A DNA stretch of 64,000 nucleotides from Candidatus Poseidoniales archaeon. Its GTDB lineage: Archaea; Thermoplasmatota; Poseidoniia; Poseidoniales; Thalassarchaeaceae. The notes under the pieces were generated by a model. The model was given only the letters and a program-made list of their open reading frames with translations. It had not been told where the DNA came from and did not search any database. Below, piece by piece: positions 16,003 through 26,504 of this stretch (position 1 is its first letter; every line of letters begins with the position of its first letter). Made by a program: the position numbers and the translations under genes. The DNA is taken from contig DUAE01000059.1 in assembly GCA_012960975.1 (NCBI GenBank), positions 69,760-133,759 on the forward strand, given 5' to 3'.

Positions 16003-19000
16003 TGCCTCGCAGAGATGATTTAGAGCGCATCGTCATCCTTGGCAGTGGGCCAATTAGAATCGGCCAAGCTGCTGAATTCGATTTCTCAGGAAGCCAAGCT
16101 TGCCGTGCCCTCAGAGCTGATGGTTACGAGGTAATCCTCATCAATTCTAATCCTGCCACGATTCAAAATGATCCTGAAATGGCAGATAGAATTTACATCG
16201 AACCATTATTGCCAGAGGTTGTCAAACGCATCCTAGAAATCGAGAAACCCGATGCGATTCTCGCTGGAATGGGTGGTCAAACAGCCCTCAATATCGCGAT
16301 GGCTCTAGCTCACGACGGCTCGCTCGATGAGCTCGGTGTCGAGCTTATCGGTTGCGACCTAGCCGCCATTGATGAGGCTGAAGATCGTAATTTGTTCAAA
16401 CTGGTTTGCGAAGAAATCGATCTACCTGTTTGCCAAGCAATTGCCTGTGATTCGATAGAGGAAGTAATTGCTTCTGCAGAATCCTTAGGAGGTTTCCCTT
16501 TGTTGATTCGTCCAGCCTTTACTTTGGGTGGTTTAGGAGGAGGTACCGCGTTCAATATGGGTGAATTGGTCGAGATAGCCAGCCAAGGAATTCTGCATTC
16601 TGCAATAGGTCAAGTCTTGATTGAAGAGAGTATTTTGGGCTGGCAGGAGCATGAATACGAAGTAATGCGTGATAATGCAGATAATGCGATAATTGTTTGC
16701 ACTATGGAAAATTTAGACCCAATGGGTGTTCACACGGGTGAGTCGGTCGTTGTGGCTCCGCAACAAACTCTCTCTGACCGTGACCATCAGGGTTTGCGAA
16801 ATGCAGCGTTGAAGTTAATTCGACGACTGAATATCAAAGGTGGATGTAATGTACAATTCGCCGTCGACCAAAATACCGGTGATTTCAGAGTTATAGAAGT
16901 TAATCCTCGTGTATCTCGGTCTTCTGCGTTGGCGAGTAAAGCGACTGGATATCCAATCGCGAGAATGGCAGCACTCATTGCGGTCGGATACACTCTCGAT
17001 GAATTGCCGAATCCAATTACAGGAGAAGGAACTACTGCCGCTTTTGAGCCAACACTAGATTATTGTGTTGTAAAAATTCCGCGCTGGCCATTCGATAAGT
17101 TCCGTACAGCTGATCGCACTATCGGAACTTCGATGAAATCAACCGGTGAAGTGATGGCGATTGGCCGATGCTTCGAGGAAGCATTCCTGAAAGCATGGGC
17201 TTCTCTCGAATATGGGGCGCCACATCCTCGTCCGCTAACTATGGCCGATGCCTCTGGTGGTGAGACAATGGACGCGCGAGCATCTGAAGCATTACCTGAA
17301 GCCCTGCTTGAAGATTGGTTGAGAATTCCAACCGATAGAAGAATGGGTGCGCTTTTCGAAGCCTTCCGCCGCGGTTATTCAATAGACGATGTTCGAGATT
17401 TAACAGGGGGAGTCACGCGATGGTTCCTTCATCGATTTGAGAAAATGGCTGCAATTGAAACCGAAATTCGTGCAGCTGGTGAAGTAGGTCTAGTCGCCTC
17501 GAATATCCCCGAGGTGGAAATGCGAAAATGGAAAGGGTTAGGATTCAGTGACCTTCATATCGCCGATGCACTTCTAGGGTTTCCTTCGGGTGGTATCAGC
17601 ACATTACAAGAGGGGGATAATCAAATTGCAGTCACTCGAAGGCGTCACGAATTAAGCATTCACCCACGATTCCGAATGGTAGATTCTTGCGCTGCAGAAT
17701 TCGCTGCGATTACCCCGTATTATTATGCGACTTACGAAGGGGGTTCCACCTCTGTTGGAATCGATTATGTACCAGAATTAGCAACAAAATCCAAGCAACG
17801 AATCGTCGTAATAGGAAGTGGACCGATTCGTATCGGCCAAGGGATTGAGTTCGATTATGGCTGTGTTCATGCAGTGGGTGCTATACAAGATCTCGGGCAT
17901 GAAGCGATTATCATCAATAATAATCCTGAAACGGTTTCAACCGATTTCGATACTAGTGACCGACTCTATTTCGATCCGCTCACATTAGAATCGGTCAGTG
18001 AAATTTTATTGAGAGAAGATGCGCATGGAATACTGCTTCAATTTGGTGGCCAAACAGCGATAAATTTGGCATTGCCATTATCTGCAAATCTCCCTCATCT
18101 CTCAACTTTAGGTCTTGATTTAGTGATGGAAGGAACATCTCCAGAGGCCGTCGACGAAGCTAGTGACAGGGAAAGATTTGAGGCATTCGCAAAACGAAAT
18201 GGATTGCGCATGCCGAATGGAACCACAGCAACTACCCCCGATGGTGTCAGAGCTGCAGTGCGTGAAATCGGATATCCTGTCTTAATTCGTCCTTCATATG
18301 TTTTAGGTGGCAGGGGGATGGAAATCCTATCCTCAAATCGTCAATTAGATGCGTATATGCAAGATGCATTTTTATCGCCTGAAAGGCCACTTCTCGTCGA
18401 TGAATATCTAGGGAATGCTATCGAATTAGATGTCGATGCTGTTTGTGATGGCAATGAAGTTTTGATTGGTGCGATTATGGAGCATCTTGAGGAAGCGGGT
18501 ATTCATTCTGGAGATTCCACCTGCTTCATTCCACCTCAGACAATTTCTCAATCTATAATATCAGAAGTTGAAAAATGGACGAGAATTATTGGACTTGAAT
18601 TAGGTATAGTAGGTTGTTTCAACATTCAATTCGCAATCAGAGATGAGACGTTATACGTCCTTGAAGTAAACCCGAGGGGTTCACGCACCTTCCCATTCGT
18701 AGCTAAATCCACTGGAGTTCCACTTGCAAGGATTGCGGCACGGCTCGCACTTGGCGAAAAATTGGTTGATATGTCAGTGCCCGAGCCGCAAAACGAAGCT
18801 GTATGCGTCAAAGCCCCGGTATTTCCTTTCATAAAATTGAGAGGCCTTGATCCAGCTCCTGGGCCCGAAATGAAATCAACCGGAGAAGTCATGGGAAGTC
18901 ATGAGCGAGCCTCGGCAGCTTATCTGAAAGCGAGGCTTGCGACCGAATCACCAGTTCCTACAGAAGGCGGTGTTTACATCACAGTAAAAGATGCAGATAA

Positions 19001-19367
19001 GCATGCAATTATAGAGCAAGCTCGTGAATTAGCTGAATTAGGATTTCAACTCTACGCAACTCGAGGGACAGCTCAGATTTTGCGTGATGAAGGGGGGTTA
19101 GATGTTCTGACCTGTTATAGAATTACAGAAAGAAAAACTCCTGATGCGCTTGATTTGATGAGACAAGGTAAAATCCATTTGATCATTAATACGCCAAGAA
19201 ATACTGGTGGTGCAGTTCTCGATGGTAATATGATGCGTCGCCTTGCAGTAGAATTGAATATTCCATTCGTAACAACGATGGCAGGAGCCCGCATGGAAGT
19301 TCTTGCAATAGGTGAAATGAGGCTTGGAATACCAGAGCCTAGATTGTTAACATTCGGATCAATTTGA
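16002..19367 (+). CDS. carB: Carbamoyl-phosphate synthase large subunit
   Basis: It shows duplicated ATP-grasp halves (ILGSGPIRIGQAAEFDFSG and VIGSGPIRIGQGIEFDYG), EVNPRVSRSSAL, and a C-terminal MGS-like domain. Length is 1121 aa. Confidence 0.95.
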   Translation: MPRRDDLERIVILGSGPIRIGQAAEFDFSGSQACRALRADGYEVILINSNPATIQNDPEMADRIYIEPLLPEVVKRILEIEKPDAILAGMGGQTALNIAMALAHDGSLDELGVELIGCDLAAIDEAEDRNLFKLVCEEIDLPVCQAIACDSIEEVIASAESLGGFPLLIRPAFTLGGLGGGTAFNMGELVEIASQGILHSAIGQVLIEESILGWQEHEYEVMRDNADNAIIVCTMENLDPMGVHTGESVVVAPQQTLSDRDHQGLRNAALKLIRRLNIKGGCNVQFAVDQNTGDFRVIEVNPRVSRSSALASKATGYPIARMAALIAVGYTLDELPNPITGEGTTAAFEPTLDYCVVKIPRWPFDKFRTADRTIGTSMKSTGEVMAIGRCFEEAFLKAWASLEYGAPHPRPLTMADASGGETMDARASEALPEALLEDWLRIPTDRRMGALFEAFRRGYSIDDVRDLTGGVTRWFLHRFEKMAAIETEIRAAGEVGLVASNIPEVEMRKWKGLGFSDLHIADALLGFPSGGISTLQEGDNQIAVTRRRHELSIHPRFRMVDSCAAEFAAITPYYYATYEGGSTSVGIDYVPELATKSKQRIVVIGSGPIRIGQGIEFDYGCVHAVGAIQDLGHEAIIINNNPETVSTDFDTSDRLYFDPLTLESVSEILLREDAHGILLQFGGQTAINLALPLSANLPHLSTLGLDLVMEGTSPEAVDEASDRERFEAFAKRNGLRMPNGTTATTPDGVRAAVREIGYPVLIRPSYVLGGRGMEILSSNRQLDAYMQDAFLSPERPLLVDEYLGNAIELDVDAVCDGNEVLIGAIMEHLEEAGIHSGDSTCFIPPQTISQSIISEVEKWTRIIGLELGIVGCFNIQFAIRDETLYVLEVNPRGSRTFPFVAKSTGVPLARIAARLALGEKLVDMSVPEPQNEAVCVKAPVFPFIKLRGLDPAPGPEMKSTGEVMGSHERASAAYLKARLATESPVPTEGGVYITVKDADKHAIIEQARELAELGFQLYATRGTAQILRDEGGLDVLTCYRITERKTPDALDLMRQGKIHLIINTPRNTGGAVLDGNMMRRLAVELNIPFVTTMAGARMEVLAIGEMRLGIPEPRLLTFGSI

Positions 19368-20936
19368 GAAAATCGCCATTACTTCATCTTTGTCGATTTC
19401 GGACATTAATGCAGCGATTCTTGGACCAAAGTATTTCCCTAGAATCGTCCAATAAAGTGCCATATATGCTTGGCGCATACCAATTTCTACCGCTGCTGCT
19501 GATTCTCTAATACACTCATTTATCGATGATTCATTCCATTCATAATCGATAATTCGCTTCTGAAATTCACTTAAGAAGGAGTTTTGTTCAGTGCTGAGAT
19601 TATCTCGGGCTTCTTCGGTTATTGCCGATTGAATGATGATTTGAGCATCAGTTGGAAAATGGGGTCCTTCAATCCAATTTCTCATGCGGGCGAGCCGATT
19701 GATGAGATTTTGATTAGGCATACCATCTATGTGCGAGCTTTGCCTGAGGGAATTCCAAATTCCTTCATCATCAGATTTTATTTGAGCTAACATTGAAAGA
19801 TGTCGAAACGAAACGCCTGCAACTGAATCTGCTGGGTCGGTGCCATGAATGATTTGACTCATCCTCAAAGCGCCAAGTTTAGTATCACGGGCAATTAATT
19901 GGCGTTTCGATAATTTTTCAGCATCTCCTGATGGTGGATTTGCGACAAGACGTTCATATTCATCCGCCATCGTAAATAGGGCACCTCCTGTATCGAAATC
20001 GATATGCTTGTTAACTTTCGAACCGGCGATGAGATATCGAATAATTTCTGGTGGAACGAGGCCTAAAGCCTCGATGGGACCTATGGTATTTCCAGATGAG
20101 GATGACATCGGGCCCATACCCTTCAGTTGAATCCATTCGTAAACCATTTTTCCAGGTGGTTCGGATCCGAGCAATCGGCATATTGGGATTCCTGTGTCGA
20201 AAGAACCACCTGCTGAGCCGTGATCTTTGCCCGCAGGCTCGCAGGTGATTCCATGAAAACCCCAACGAGCAGCCCAATCAATTCTCCAAGGTAATTTTCC
20301 TTCACTCTTGCGAATATCTGAACGGCCAGAAATATCATGTCGGTCAGTCCATGAAACATATGGATACTCATAACCTGTGACTATGACCCCATCCATACTA
20401 CCGTCAGATCCAATCGGATTGTATGGAAACCAATTATCTGATAATTCGCGACCTGAAATGGTTTCAATAATTTCACGAATTTCTGTCATATGTTTGATTG
20501 CCCCATCAATTTTTTTAGCAAATTCCCCGTTTTCGTAGGATTGATGATTCATGATTATTTCTGGTTGAACCCCGATTTGTTGAAGGGCATCGAGGAAGGG
20601 AGAAAGGAAATAATCAGAATAACTGCCTAATGATGAATCGGGCTGTCCATCTTTATCTGGAGCTGGAATATAGGCGAGAGGGCAGCCGATATATTTCTGA
20701 TATTCGTCAGAAAGAAATGGATAGATTCGACGAAGTGGGTCCATGGAATCAACGATAAAAATATATCTGGAATTTAGTTCGAGATCTAGGCAGGCTCTAT
20801 GAATCATTTCTGCAGTGAGAATTTCACGTAAATTACCAAGATGTATCTCGCCTGATGGAGTAATTCCTGAGCATAAAATTTGATTATTTCCACGTTCCTT
20901 TTGTAGGCGCTGTGCGGTAAAATCCGCCCAATGCAT
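19359..20936 (-). CDS. lysK: Lysyl-tRNA synthetase, class I (archaeal type)
   Basis: The class I HIGH-like motif (GEIHLGNLREI) and KMSKS-like motif (GPMSSSSGN) are present, with the architecture of class I LysRS. Length is 525 aa. Its 3' end overlaps carB convergently by 9 nt. Confidence 0.85.
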   Translation of the reverse strand: MHWADFTAQRLQKERGNNQILCSGITPSGEIHLGNLREILTAEMIHRACLDLELNSRYIFIVDSMDPLRRIYPFLSDEYQKYIGCPLAYIPAPDKDGQPDSSLGSYSDYFLSPFLDALQQIGVQPEIIMNHQSYENGEFAKKIDGAIKHMTEIREIIETISGRELSDNWFPYNPIGSDGSMDGVIVTGYEYPYVSWTDRHDISGRSDIRKSEGKLPWRIDWAARWGFHGITCEPAGKDHGSAGGSFDTGIPICRLLGSEPPGKMVYEWIQLKGMGPMSSSSGNTIGPIEALGLVPPEIIRYLIAGSKVNKHIDFDTGGALFTMADEYERLVANPPSGDAEKLSKRQLIARDTKLGALRMSQIIHGTDPADSVAGVSFRHLSMLAQIKSDDEGIWNSLRQSSHIDGMPNQNLINRLARMRNWIEGPHFPTDAQIIIQSAITEEARDNLSTEQNSFLSEFQKRIIDYEWNESSINECIRESAAAVEIGMRQAYMALYWTILGKYFGPRIAALMSEIDKDEVMAIFSN

Positions 20937-20945
20937 ATGTTTCCC

Positions 20946-21527
20946 TCAAACAGTCACGACTCGAACCAAGCCGCGTAGTGGCACACCTTCGAGTGCATTT
21001 GCCTCAGATTTATTTGCTAAAACCAGGCATAGTTGGACATCAGCGCCGGCTTTTCGAAGGTTTTGAATGGTTTTTTTCAGAGTGGTCCCGGATGAGACGA
21101 CGTCATCGACGACGACGACGCGTTTTCCTGAAACATTTGCGAAGATTTCGGAAACATGTGCACCTTCCTCCTCATTGATACTTCGGCTTATCGATAAATC
21201 GAGGTCCATCTGACCTGCGATCGCTTGGGCGAATGGAATTCCATTAATGCTAATGCCGACTATAGCGTCGACTTCTGCATTGAGTTCTTCATAGATAATG
21301 TCGACGAAAATGTATGAAATTGCTTCAATTCGACTGGCTCGAACTGCAATCGATCTCCACCCGACTTGAACGTCGGTTGGGTGGTCATCAGTAGAGATGC
21401 TGCTCGAGGATAACCATTGAATTGTGGTTTGTGAAAGGGAGAGTTCATCGGCGATTTGTTGAGTGTTCAAGCCATTACTTCTGTAAGCCTCAACTTTGGC
21501 TCGGAGTTCATCAACGCTCAGTGGCAT
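20946..21527 (-). CDS. PRT-domain protein with N-terminal HTH (orotate phosphoribosyltransferase-like regulator, GfcR/COG0856 type)
   Basis: The N-terminal HTH is NTQQIADELSLSQTTIQWL. The PRPP-binding loop is VVVVDDVVSSGTTL. Confidence 0.7.
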   Translation of the reverse strand: MPLSVDELRAKVEAYRSNGLNTQQIADELSLSQTTIQWLSSSSISTDDHPTDVQVGWRSIAVRASRIEAISYIFVDIIYEELNAEVDAIVGISINGIPFAQAIAGQMDLDLSISRSINEEEGAHVSEIFANVSGKRVVVVDDVVSSGTTLKKTIQNLRKAGADVQLCLVLANKSEANALEGVPLRGLVRVVTV

Positions 21528-21616
21528 TGTTTAACTCCCATTATTCAACATCTATCAAGCCATCGGGAATCAATTATCGTATAGAGCCATTCTTTGAATG
21601 ATTTTATTGAGGCAGT

Positions 21617-22090
21617 TCAAAATCGGCCTGTTGAGCCGAAACCGCCTTCACCTCGCTCAGTTTCCCCTAAATCATCAAATTTAACTTCAATAAATTCCGA
21701 GCGAGGAATTGGTGTAATCAATATTTGTGCAATTCTTTCGCCAGCTGAAATTACATATGAATCACCCTTTCCAATCCACGTCATCATGACAAATAATTCT
21801 CCGCGGTAATCGGCATCTATAGTGCCGATTCCATGCGGTGGAATTAATCCTTTTTTACCGAGTGAGGAACGTGCTCGCACTTGACCTTCGTAACCGATAG
21901 GAATTGCGACATGTAAGCCGGTACGAACCAATGTGGCAGTACGATAGAGCACTTCGGTGTCTTCCAGTGCGTAAATATCCCAACCAGCTGCGAATTCACT
22001 ACCTTTCGTTGGAAGTCGGGCGTCTTTATGAGTTCGGGCAATTTTCACCTCCACAGCTTCATCCATATCGAGTGCTGGTCGAATAAGCAT
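21617..22090 (-). CDS. dut: dUTP diphosphatase (trimeric dUTPase)
   Basis: The five dUTPase motifs are recognisable: AAGWDIYA, RSSLGKKG, GTIDADYRGEL, RIAQILI and RGEGGFGSTG. Confidence 0.9.
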   Translation of the reverse strand: MLIRPALDMDEAVEVKIARTHKDARLPTKGSEFAAGWDIYALEDTEVLYRTATLVRTGLHVAIPIGYEGQVRARSSLGKKGLIPPHGIGTIDADYRGELFVMMTWIGKGDSYVISAGERIAQILITPIPRSEFIEVKFDDLGETERGEGGFGSTGRF

Positions 22091-22156
22091 TTGACGATTG
22101 GTATTGAGCGCTTTAGTTCCGGTGAGGTGAAAAAGGGAACTCGGCTCGGATGGTTG

Positions 22157-22567
22157 ATGGTAGACTTCGAATACGAGTCGTTGTTGGAGCGCGCTCGCGA
22201 GCGAATTCCTAAGAATATTAGCGAACGTTCACGCTGGACGATGCCTGAACCAGAGATTTTGATTGAAGGAAATCAAACGATTCTGAGAAATTTTTCAACT
22301 ATCGTAGATGCGATGGATCGTGATGCAAACCATGTTTATCAATTTCTGATTAATGAACTGGGAACCTCGGGTAATCGCGAGCAAGTTCGTGTATTATTAA
22401 AAGGGCGTGTGCCACCTAAGAGAATCAAAGAAAAGATCGTTTTATACGTGAAAACTTACATTCTTTGTAACCAATGTAGGGCTCCTGATACAAGATTTAT
22501 CAAAGATGATAGAACTACTTTACTGAAATGCCAAGCTTGCGGCGCAACTCGCCCGGTACGATTGTGA
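22157..22567 (+). CDS. eif2b: Translation initiation factor aIF2 beta subunit
   Basis: The C-terminal zinc ribbon is CNQCRAPDTRFIKDDRTTLLKCQACGA. The track ORF starts at 22028 and overlaps dut. The ATG at 22157 (MVDFEYESLLERARERIP) gives the normal length of about 136 aa. Confidence 0.85.
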   Translation: MVDFEYESLLERARERIPKNISERSRWTMPEPEILIEGNQTILRNFSTIVDAMDRDANHVYQFLINELGTSGNREQVRVLLKGRVPPKRIKEKIVLYVKTYILCNQCRAPDTRFIKDDRTTLLKCQACGATRPVRL

Positions 22568-22666
22568 TGGAAACCAACTGAAGTAAATTTATTCATTAAG
22601 TGAATCTCATTTACCAGTAGATTTTCTCTTAGGAATAGTTATATTCAATTGTGTCGATAGTAATTC

Positions 22667-22909
22667 ATGCCAATAGCAAGATACTGGGTTGTAAATACTA
22701 GAGGGAATGAAGTAACTGAAGAAATGGCAAAAACTTGGAAAGATAACTTCCTTGAATTTGCATTACAGAATGGATGTTTGAGAGGGGCGTTAGCCGCAGA
22801 TGGTGAAAGGGTCATCGCAGTTAGTGTATGGCCGGATTTAGAAACTATGAATGCAGTAATCGAAAGCGATCATTACAATGTAATCGGAGATGCGGTCAGC
22901 GCTTCTTAG
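22667..22909 (+). CDS. Small hypothetical protein, possibly ABM (antibiotic biosynthesis monooxygenase)-like fold
   Basis: This 80-aa ORF has a clean ATG. The weak pattern (VIAVSVWPDLETMNAV) is reminiscent of ABM/dimeric alpha-beta barrel proteins. I found no strong motif. Confidence 0.35.
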   Translation: MPIARYWVVNTRGNEVTEEMAKTWKDNFLEFALQNGCLRGALAADGERVIAVSVWPDLETMNAVIESDHYNVIGDAVSAS

Positions 22910-22997
22910 GGAGCAGGAGGAATCCACCTCCCGGATGACATCGAATTCGCCTGCAACGCCGATATTCTCGCAATGTTGGTTCCTGAGGGTCTGTGAA

Positions 22998-24014
22998 TCA
23001 CGAGAAATCGAGGAGTACCTTTCCTCGATTCTTGCGATCATGCATGTGCTGTTGAGCATCTGCAACTTGTTCGAATCTCCAGACACTATCTATGATTGGC
23101 TCTATTTTCCCTTGCTGAAGCATCTTCGCTAATTCCATCATATGGGTTTCAAAGACAGCAGAATCATCCATTTTACCCATATGTACTCCAAATATTGCTT
23201 TGTTCGATTTCATCATAATTAAAGGATTAAATTTAGGGGTGCTGCGCCACATATTAAATGCTGAAAAGTAATTTCTTTTAGGGCCTGAAACTGCTGCCGA
23301 AGCTCCAAAAGAGTAGAGTTTCCCTCCGTTTCTCAGAGCCTTGTATGACCTCATCAGATGTTTCCCTCCAACCGGATCTAAAGCATGGTGAACTCCTTTA
23401 CCATCAGTCGCATCTTTGCATACTCTTACGAAGTCCTCAGAATCTCTATCCACGAAGCGCATTCCAAGGCTCTCTACAAATTCTTTCTTTGATGAACTAG
23501 CGGTCCCAATAATATTTGTCACTCCATATGCTTGGCAAATTTGGACTGCAGCAGTTCCCACTCCTCCTGCGGCATGATGGATGAGGACTGATTCTCCCTC
23601 ACTCATGTTACCGAGGTGGGCGAGCATGTGATACGCTGTTCCGTAAGTGACGCCAAGTGTGGCTGCAGCATCGTAACTTATTGAATTAGGAATAGGTATC
23701 ACTCTATTTGTAGATGCCACCACTTGTTCTGAATATCCACCAAAACCTGTCATTACTATGACCCTCTGTCCTACTTCTAATCTTTCTACTCCTTCTCCAA
23801 GTTCTATGATTTCGCCACTAACCTCGTATCCTGGGGTAAATGGAAAATCAGGGTTGGAACCGTAGAGTCCTTGTCTCATCATTAAATCAGCAAAATTAAT
23901 CCCTGCTCGATGAACTTTCACCATTACTTCATTGGGTTTTAATCCTACAGGTTCAAAATCATGAATTTCTATAGAATACGGTCCACCAATTTTTGTATAT
24001 ACCACTTTTTTCAT
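22998..24014 (-). CDS. Zinc-independent MDR-family quinone oxidoreductase (zeta-crystallin/VAT-1-like)
   Basis: The GroES-like N-terminus (VKVHRAGINFADLMMRQGLY) and the Rossmann motif HAAGGVGTAAVQI are present, with a C-terminal GKVLLDF. Its ATG overlaps the upstream ferredoxin stop. Confidence 0.8.
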   Translation of the reverse strand: MKKVVYTKIGGPYSIEIHDFEPVGLKPNEVMVKVHRAGINFADLMMRQGLYGSNPDFPFTPGYEVSGEIIELGEGVERLEVGQRVIVMTGFGGYSEQVVASTNRVIPIPNSISYDAAATLGVTYGTAYHMLAHLGNMSEGESVLIHHAAGGVGTAAVQICQAYGVTNIIGTASSSKKEFVESLGMRFVDRDSEDFVRVCKDATDGKGVHHALDPVGGKHLMRSYKALRNGGKLYSFGASAAVSGPKRNYFSAFNMWRSTPKFNPLIMMKSNKAIFGVHMGKMDDSAVFETHMMELAKMLQQGKIEPIIDSVWRFEQVADAQQHMHDRKNRGKVLLDFS

Positions 24015-24328
24015 TCATTCACCATCAAATATTTTTCAGCAACCCTTCCATCTGCTAAGTGTTCTACAATATCAGAAATTGCATCTTCATCATCGGGTAT
24101 GGTGTACCAAATCCCTTGTGGATAAACTACACACGACACGCCATTTTCACACTGATCCAAACAACCCGATTTGTTCACTCGCACGTCATTTATTCCAGAT
24201 GCACGAACCGCTCTTTTGAGACGAGTCATGATTTCCAGTGAATTTTTTTCTGCACAGCATTCCCTTGCTTTCAACGGATCACGCTGATTTGTGCAAACAA
24301 AAATGTGTTTCTTAATTTGTGTCATCAA
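24011..24328 (-). CDS. Thioredoxin-like [2Fe-2S] ferredoxin
   Basis: The Cys pattern in HIFVCTNQR...CC...GCLDQCENG is typical of this family. Length is 105 aa. Confidence 0.7.
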   Translation of the reverse strand: MMTQIKKHIFVCTNQRDPLKARECCAEKNSLEIMTRLKRAVRASGINDVRVNKSGCLDQCENGVSCVVYPQGIWYTIPDDEDAISDIVEHLADGRVAEKYLMVNE

Positions 24329-24334
24329 AAAACC

Positions 24335-24679
24335 TCAAATCTTATCAAATTTAGAAGCAAGGATGAAATCTGATTCTACTAGGCCATTGATTTTGTGAGT
24401 GTAAATTTTTGCTAAAGCTCTACCCCATCCTAGTTCAAAATCAGCATGATGATTTTGTTCCTCACAAATTTCTCCAGCACTGTTGGTGAAATCTAATGCT
24501 TGCTTGAAATTTTCAAATTTCCAAATCCTTTCCAGATGATGACTGTCGATAATTTTCCAATTTTCATCTAAACTCACTATTAGTTTACTCATTTCATTAT
24601 CTGTCAGTGGAGGTACACCGCCTCTACAAGGAATACAGACTTTAGACGATAAATCGCAAGTGTCGAGGTCTTCAGTCAT
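24335..24679 (-). CDS. Pterin-4-alpha-carbinolamine dehydratase
   Basis: The PCD signature is visible in W...HHLERIWKFENFKQALDFTNSAGEICEEQNHHADFELGWGRALAKIYTH. The start is set at MTEDLD (24679), which removes the 32-nt overlap produced by the track start. Confidence 0.75.
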   Translation of the reverse strand: MTEDLDTCDLSSKVCIPCRGGVPPLTDNEMSKLIVSLDENWKIIDSHHLERIWKFENFKQALDFTNSAGEICEEQNHHADFELGWGRALAKIYTHKINGLVESDFILASKFDKI

Positions 24680-24680
24680 T

Positions 24681-25133
24681 TCAATCCCATACGTGGCTAT
24701 CGTCATTCCCATCAGCTTGCCGCTCAGCTTCTTCGTGAAGATTTGAGCGGCGGCGCATGTCCTCTTTTTCGAAAGTAAGCAATTCCCTGTCTTCGATATA
24801 AGGCGCCCTCAGGTGAGTGATCAATCTTAATTCTACGATGACATCTCGTGCAATGGAGCGAAATTGGCCGCTTTCATCAAGAATTTCGACAACATTTCGA
24901 GAAGTTCCGATTAACATTCCCCGAGCCCAAGGATCGCTATCTTCTGGAAGGGCTCGTACATCCAGCAAAATCTCAATCAAATCATCCTTCCTTAATCCTG
25001 ATTTTCGACCGATTAGTGGACCGTGATAAATGTCTTTTAGTTTTGATAATTCAGGGGATCCATATGTCTCGTGAATACCCCTAGCCCAATCGGGCAAGTC
25101 TCCAACTCTCTTTCCACGACGCTCGCCAACCAT
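24681..25133 (-). CDS. Hypothetical protein
   Basis: This 150-aa ORF has an ATG start and a basic N-terminus and is co-directional with the downstream PCD gene. I recognise no family. Confidence 0.45.
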   Translation of the reverse strand: MVGERRGKRVGDLPDWARGIHETYGSPELSKLKDIYHGPLIGRKSGLRKDDLIEILLDVRALPEDSDPWARGMLIGTSRNVVEILDESGQFRSIARDVIVELRLITHLRAPYIEDRELLTFEKEDMRRRSNLHEEAERQADGNDDSHVWD

Positions 25134-25251
25134 GGGGGTCGGTTAACGAAGTCATAGAAAAGGAAACGGGTCGAAGTATATCAATTCATAATATTCTCTC
25201 ATACTGTTGAATTGAAGTGGGATGGTCGTGGCGACAGGGTGAGGGAATACG

Positions 25252-26337
25252 ATGGGAGTTGTTGAGTGGAGGCGAATTCCAACAGTTCTTTACCCTCAAG
25301 AAATTATTGACAAAGCTTTTCGTAAGGCTTCAAAACAAGCCGACCTCGTAGAAGATCCTGACAAATATCATCGGGTTAGAAAGCAGATGACTCGTATGGT
25401 CCAAGCCTCTGCTGATGTCATCGATACAACACTATTGAATTGGGTAGATAAGTGGCCAAGCCTCAATTCTCTTTCTGAATTCGATCAAGCTTTGATTGAT
25501 GCTGCGGTCGGCAACGACGAGTATCGTAAAAGCCTCGGGACCATACATTGGGCTGCTGAGCGGGTTCGAAAAATATCTGGAGAATCTCAGCAGAATATTC
25601 TTCGCTTGCGTGATATCGATGGATTCCATCAGGCTCGCAGACATGCCTATGGAAGAATGGTATCGATTTTAGATCAGGTTTCTAGCCAAATCATTTGGCT
25701 AGGCGAAGCGAGAGATATTCTTCGTAAATTACCAGCAGTCGATTCAGCAGAACCAATTATTGTAGTTGCAGGCTCGCCCAATGTTGGAAAGTCAGCATTA
25801 ATTTCTGCATTATCGACTGGTGATCCTGAAATTGCAGCGTATCCATTTACGACTAAACAATTGCATTTAGGTCATTTTGAACACCGTCGACGAGCTTACC
25901 AAATCGTCGACACACCAGGGCTGCTCGACCGGCCGATGGGCGAGCGTAATGCTATCGAAATGCAAGCAATTGCAGCTTTGGAACACATAGGAGATGTGCT
26001 AATTTTCCTTATCGATGCATCCGGATCGGGGGGGACTCAAATCGAAGAGCAAATTTCCCTACTCAACGAAGTGAGAGAATTAGTCACAGAACGCCCGATT
26101 GTTATTGTACATTCAAAGGCGGATCTTTTAGATGAAACACCAGATGATGCTGAGAGGTTGGTAAGCATCATCAACGGACAGGGAGTCGAAGAACTCCGCG
26201 CTGAATTAATTGAAATTATTGGAGCCGATAATATCGAAGACCCACTTAAATTACCTGAGAATTGGCATGTTCAAGAAACCGAACTAGAGCCATTAGGAAC
26301 TCCTGGTGAAATTCGCAAACGTAGTGATTTTGATTGA
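25252..26337 (+). CDS. NOG1-family GTPase (archaeal ribosome-biogenesis GTP-binding protein)
   Basis: The G1 motif is GSPNVGKS and the G3 motif is DTPGLLDRP. An N-terminal NOG1-like helical domain is present. Length is 361 aa. Confidence 0.75.
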   Translation: MGVVEWRRIPTVLYPQEIIDKAFRKASKQADLVEDPDKYHRVRKQMTRMVQASADVIDTTLLNWVDKWPSLNSLSEFDQALIDAAVGNDEYRKSLGTIHWAAERVRKISGESQQNILRLRDIDGFHQARRHAYGRMVSILDQVSSQIIWLGEARDILRKLPAVDSAEPIIVVAGSPNVGKSALISALSTGDPEIAAYPFTTKQLHLGHFEHRRRAYQIVDTPGLLDRPMGERNAIEMQAIAALEHIGDVLIFLIDASGSGGTQIEEQISLLNEVRELVTERPIVIVHSKADLLDETPDDAERLVSIINGQGVEELRAELIEIIGADNIEDPLKLPENWHVQETELEPLGTPGEIRKRSDFD

Positions 26338-26338
26338 A

Positions 26339-26455
26339 TTAATCAACGTGGAATGTGTGGCCACATATTGTACAGTATACATCGTATCCACCATATGATT
26401 TTGTCAATCCACCAATATCGACAGGTGAACCACAATTTGTACATGCGTTGCTCAT
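26339..26455 (-). CDS. Candidate 38-aa zinc-ribbon miniprotein (below the ORF-track length cutoff)
   Basis: My own translation is MSNACTNCGSPVDIGGLTKSYGGYDVYCTICGHTFHVD, running from ATG to TAA. Two CxxC pairs are spaced 20 residues apart. It fills an otherwise unexplained 167-nt gap and is co-directional with the upstream genes. Confidence 0.45.
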   Translation of the reverse strand: MSNACTNCGSPVDIGGLTKSYGGYDVYCTICGHTFHVD

Positions 26456-26504
26456 GAATTGGCGAGTACTCTCTTGTTTTTCAATCAAGCGATAGAAACT
26501 TCAC

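Noticed and set aside
22907-22996. The in-frame TAG at the end of the 80-aa ORF is followed by 28 more open codons (GAGGIHLPDDIEFACNADILAMLVPEGL). These end exactly at the convergent gene's stop, which could suggest stop-codon read-through or pyrrolysine.
   Set aside because: A 28-codon open stretch after a stop is expected by chance fairly often. No Pyl machinery or other in-frame TAGs are visible in the window, and the extension has no recognisable motif.
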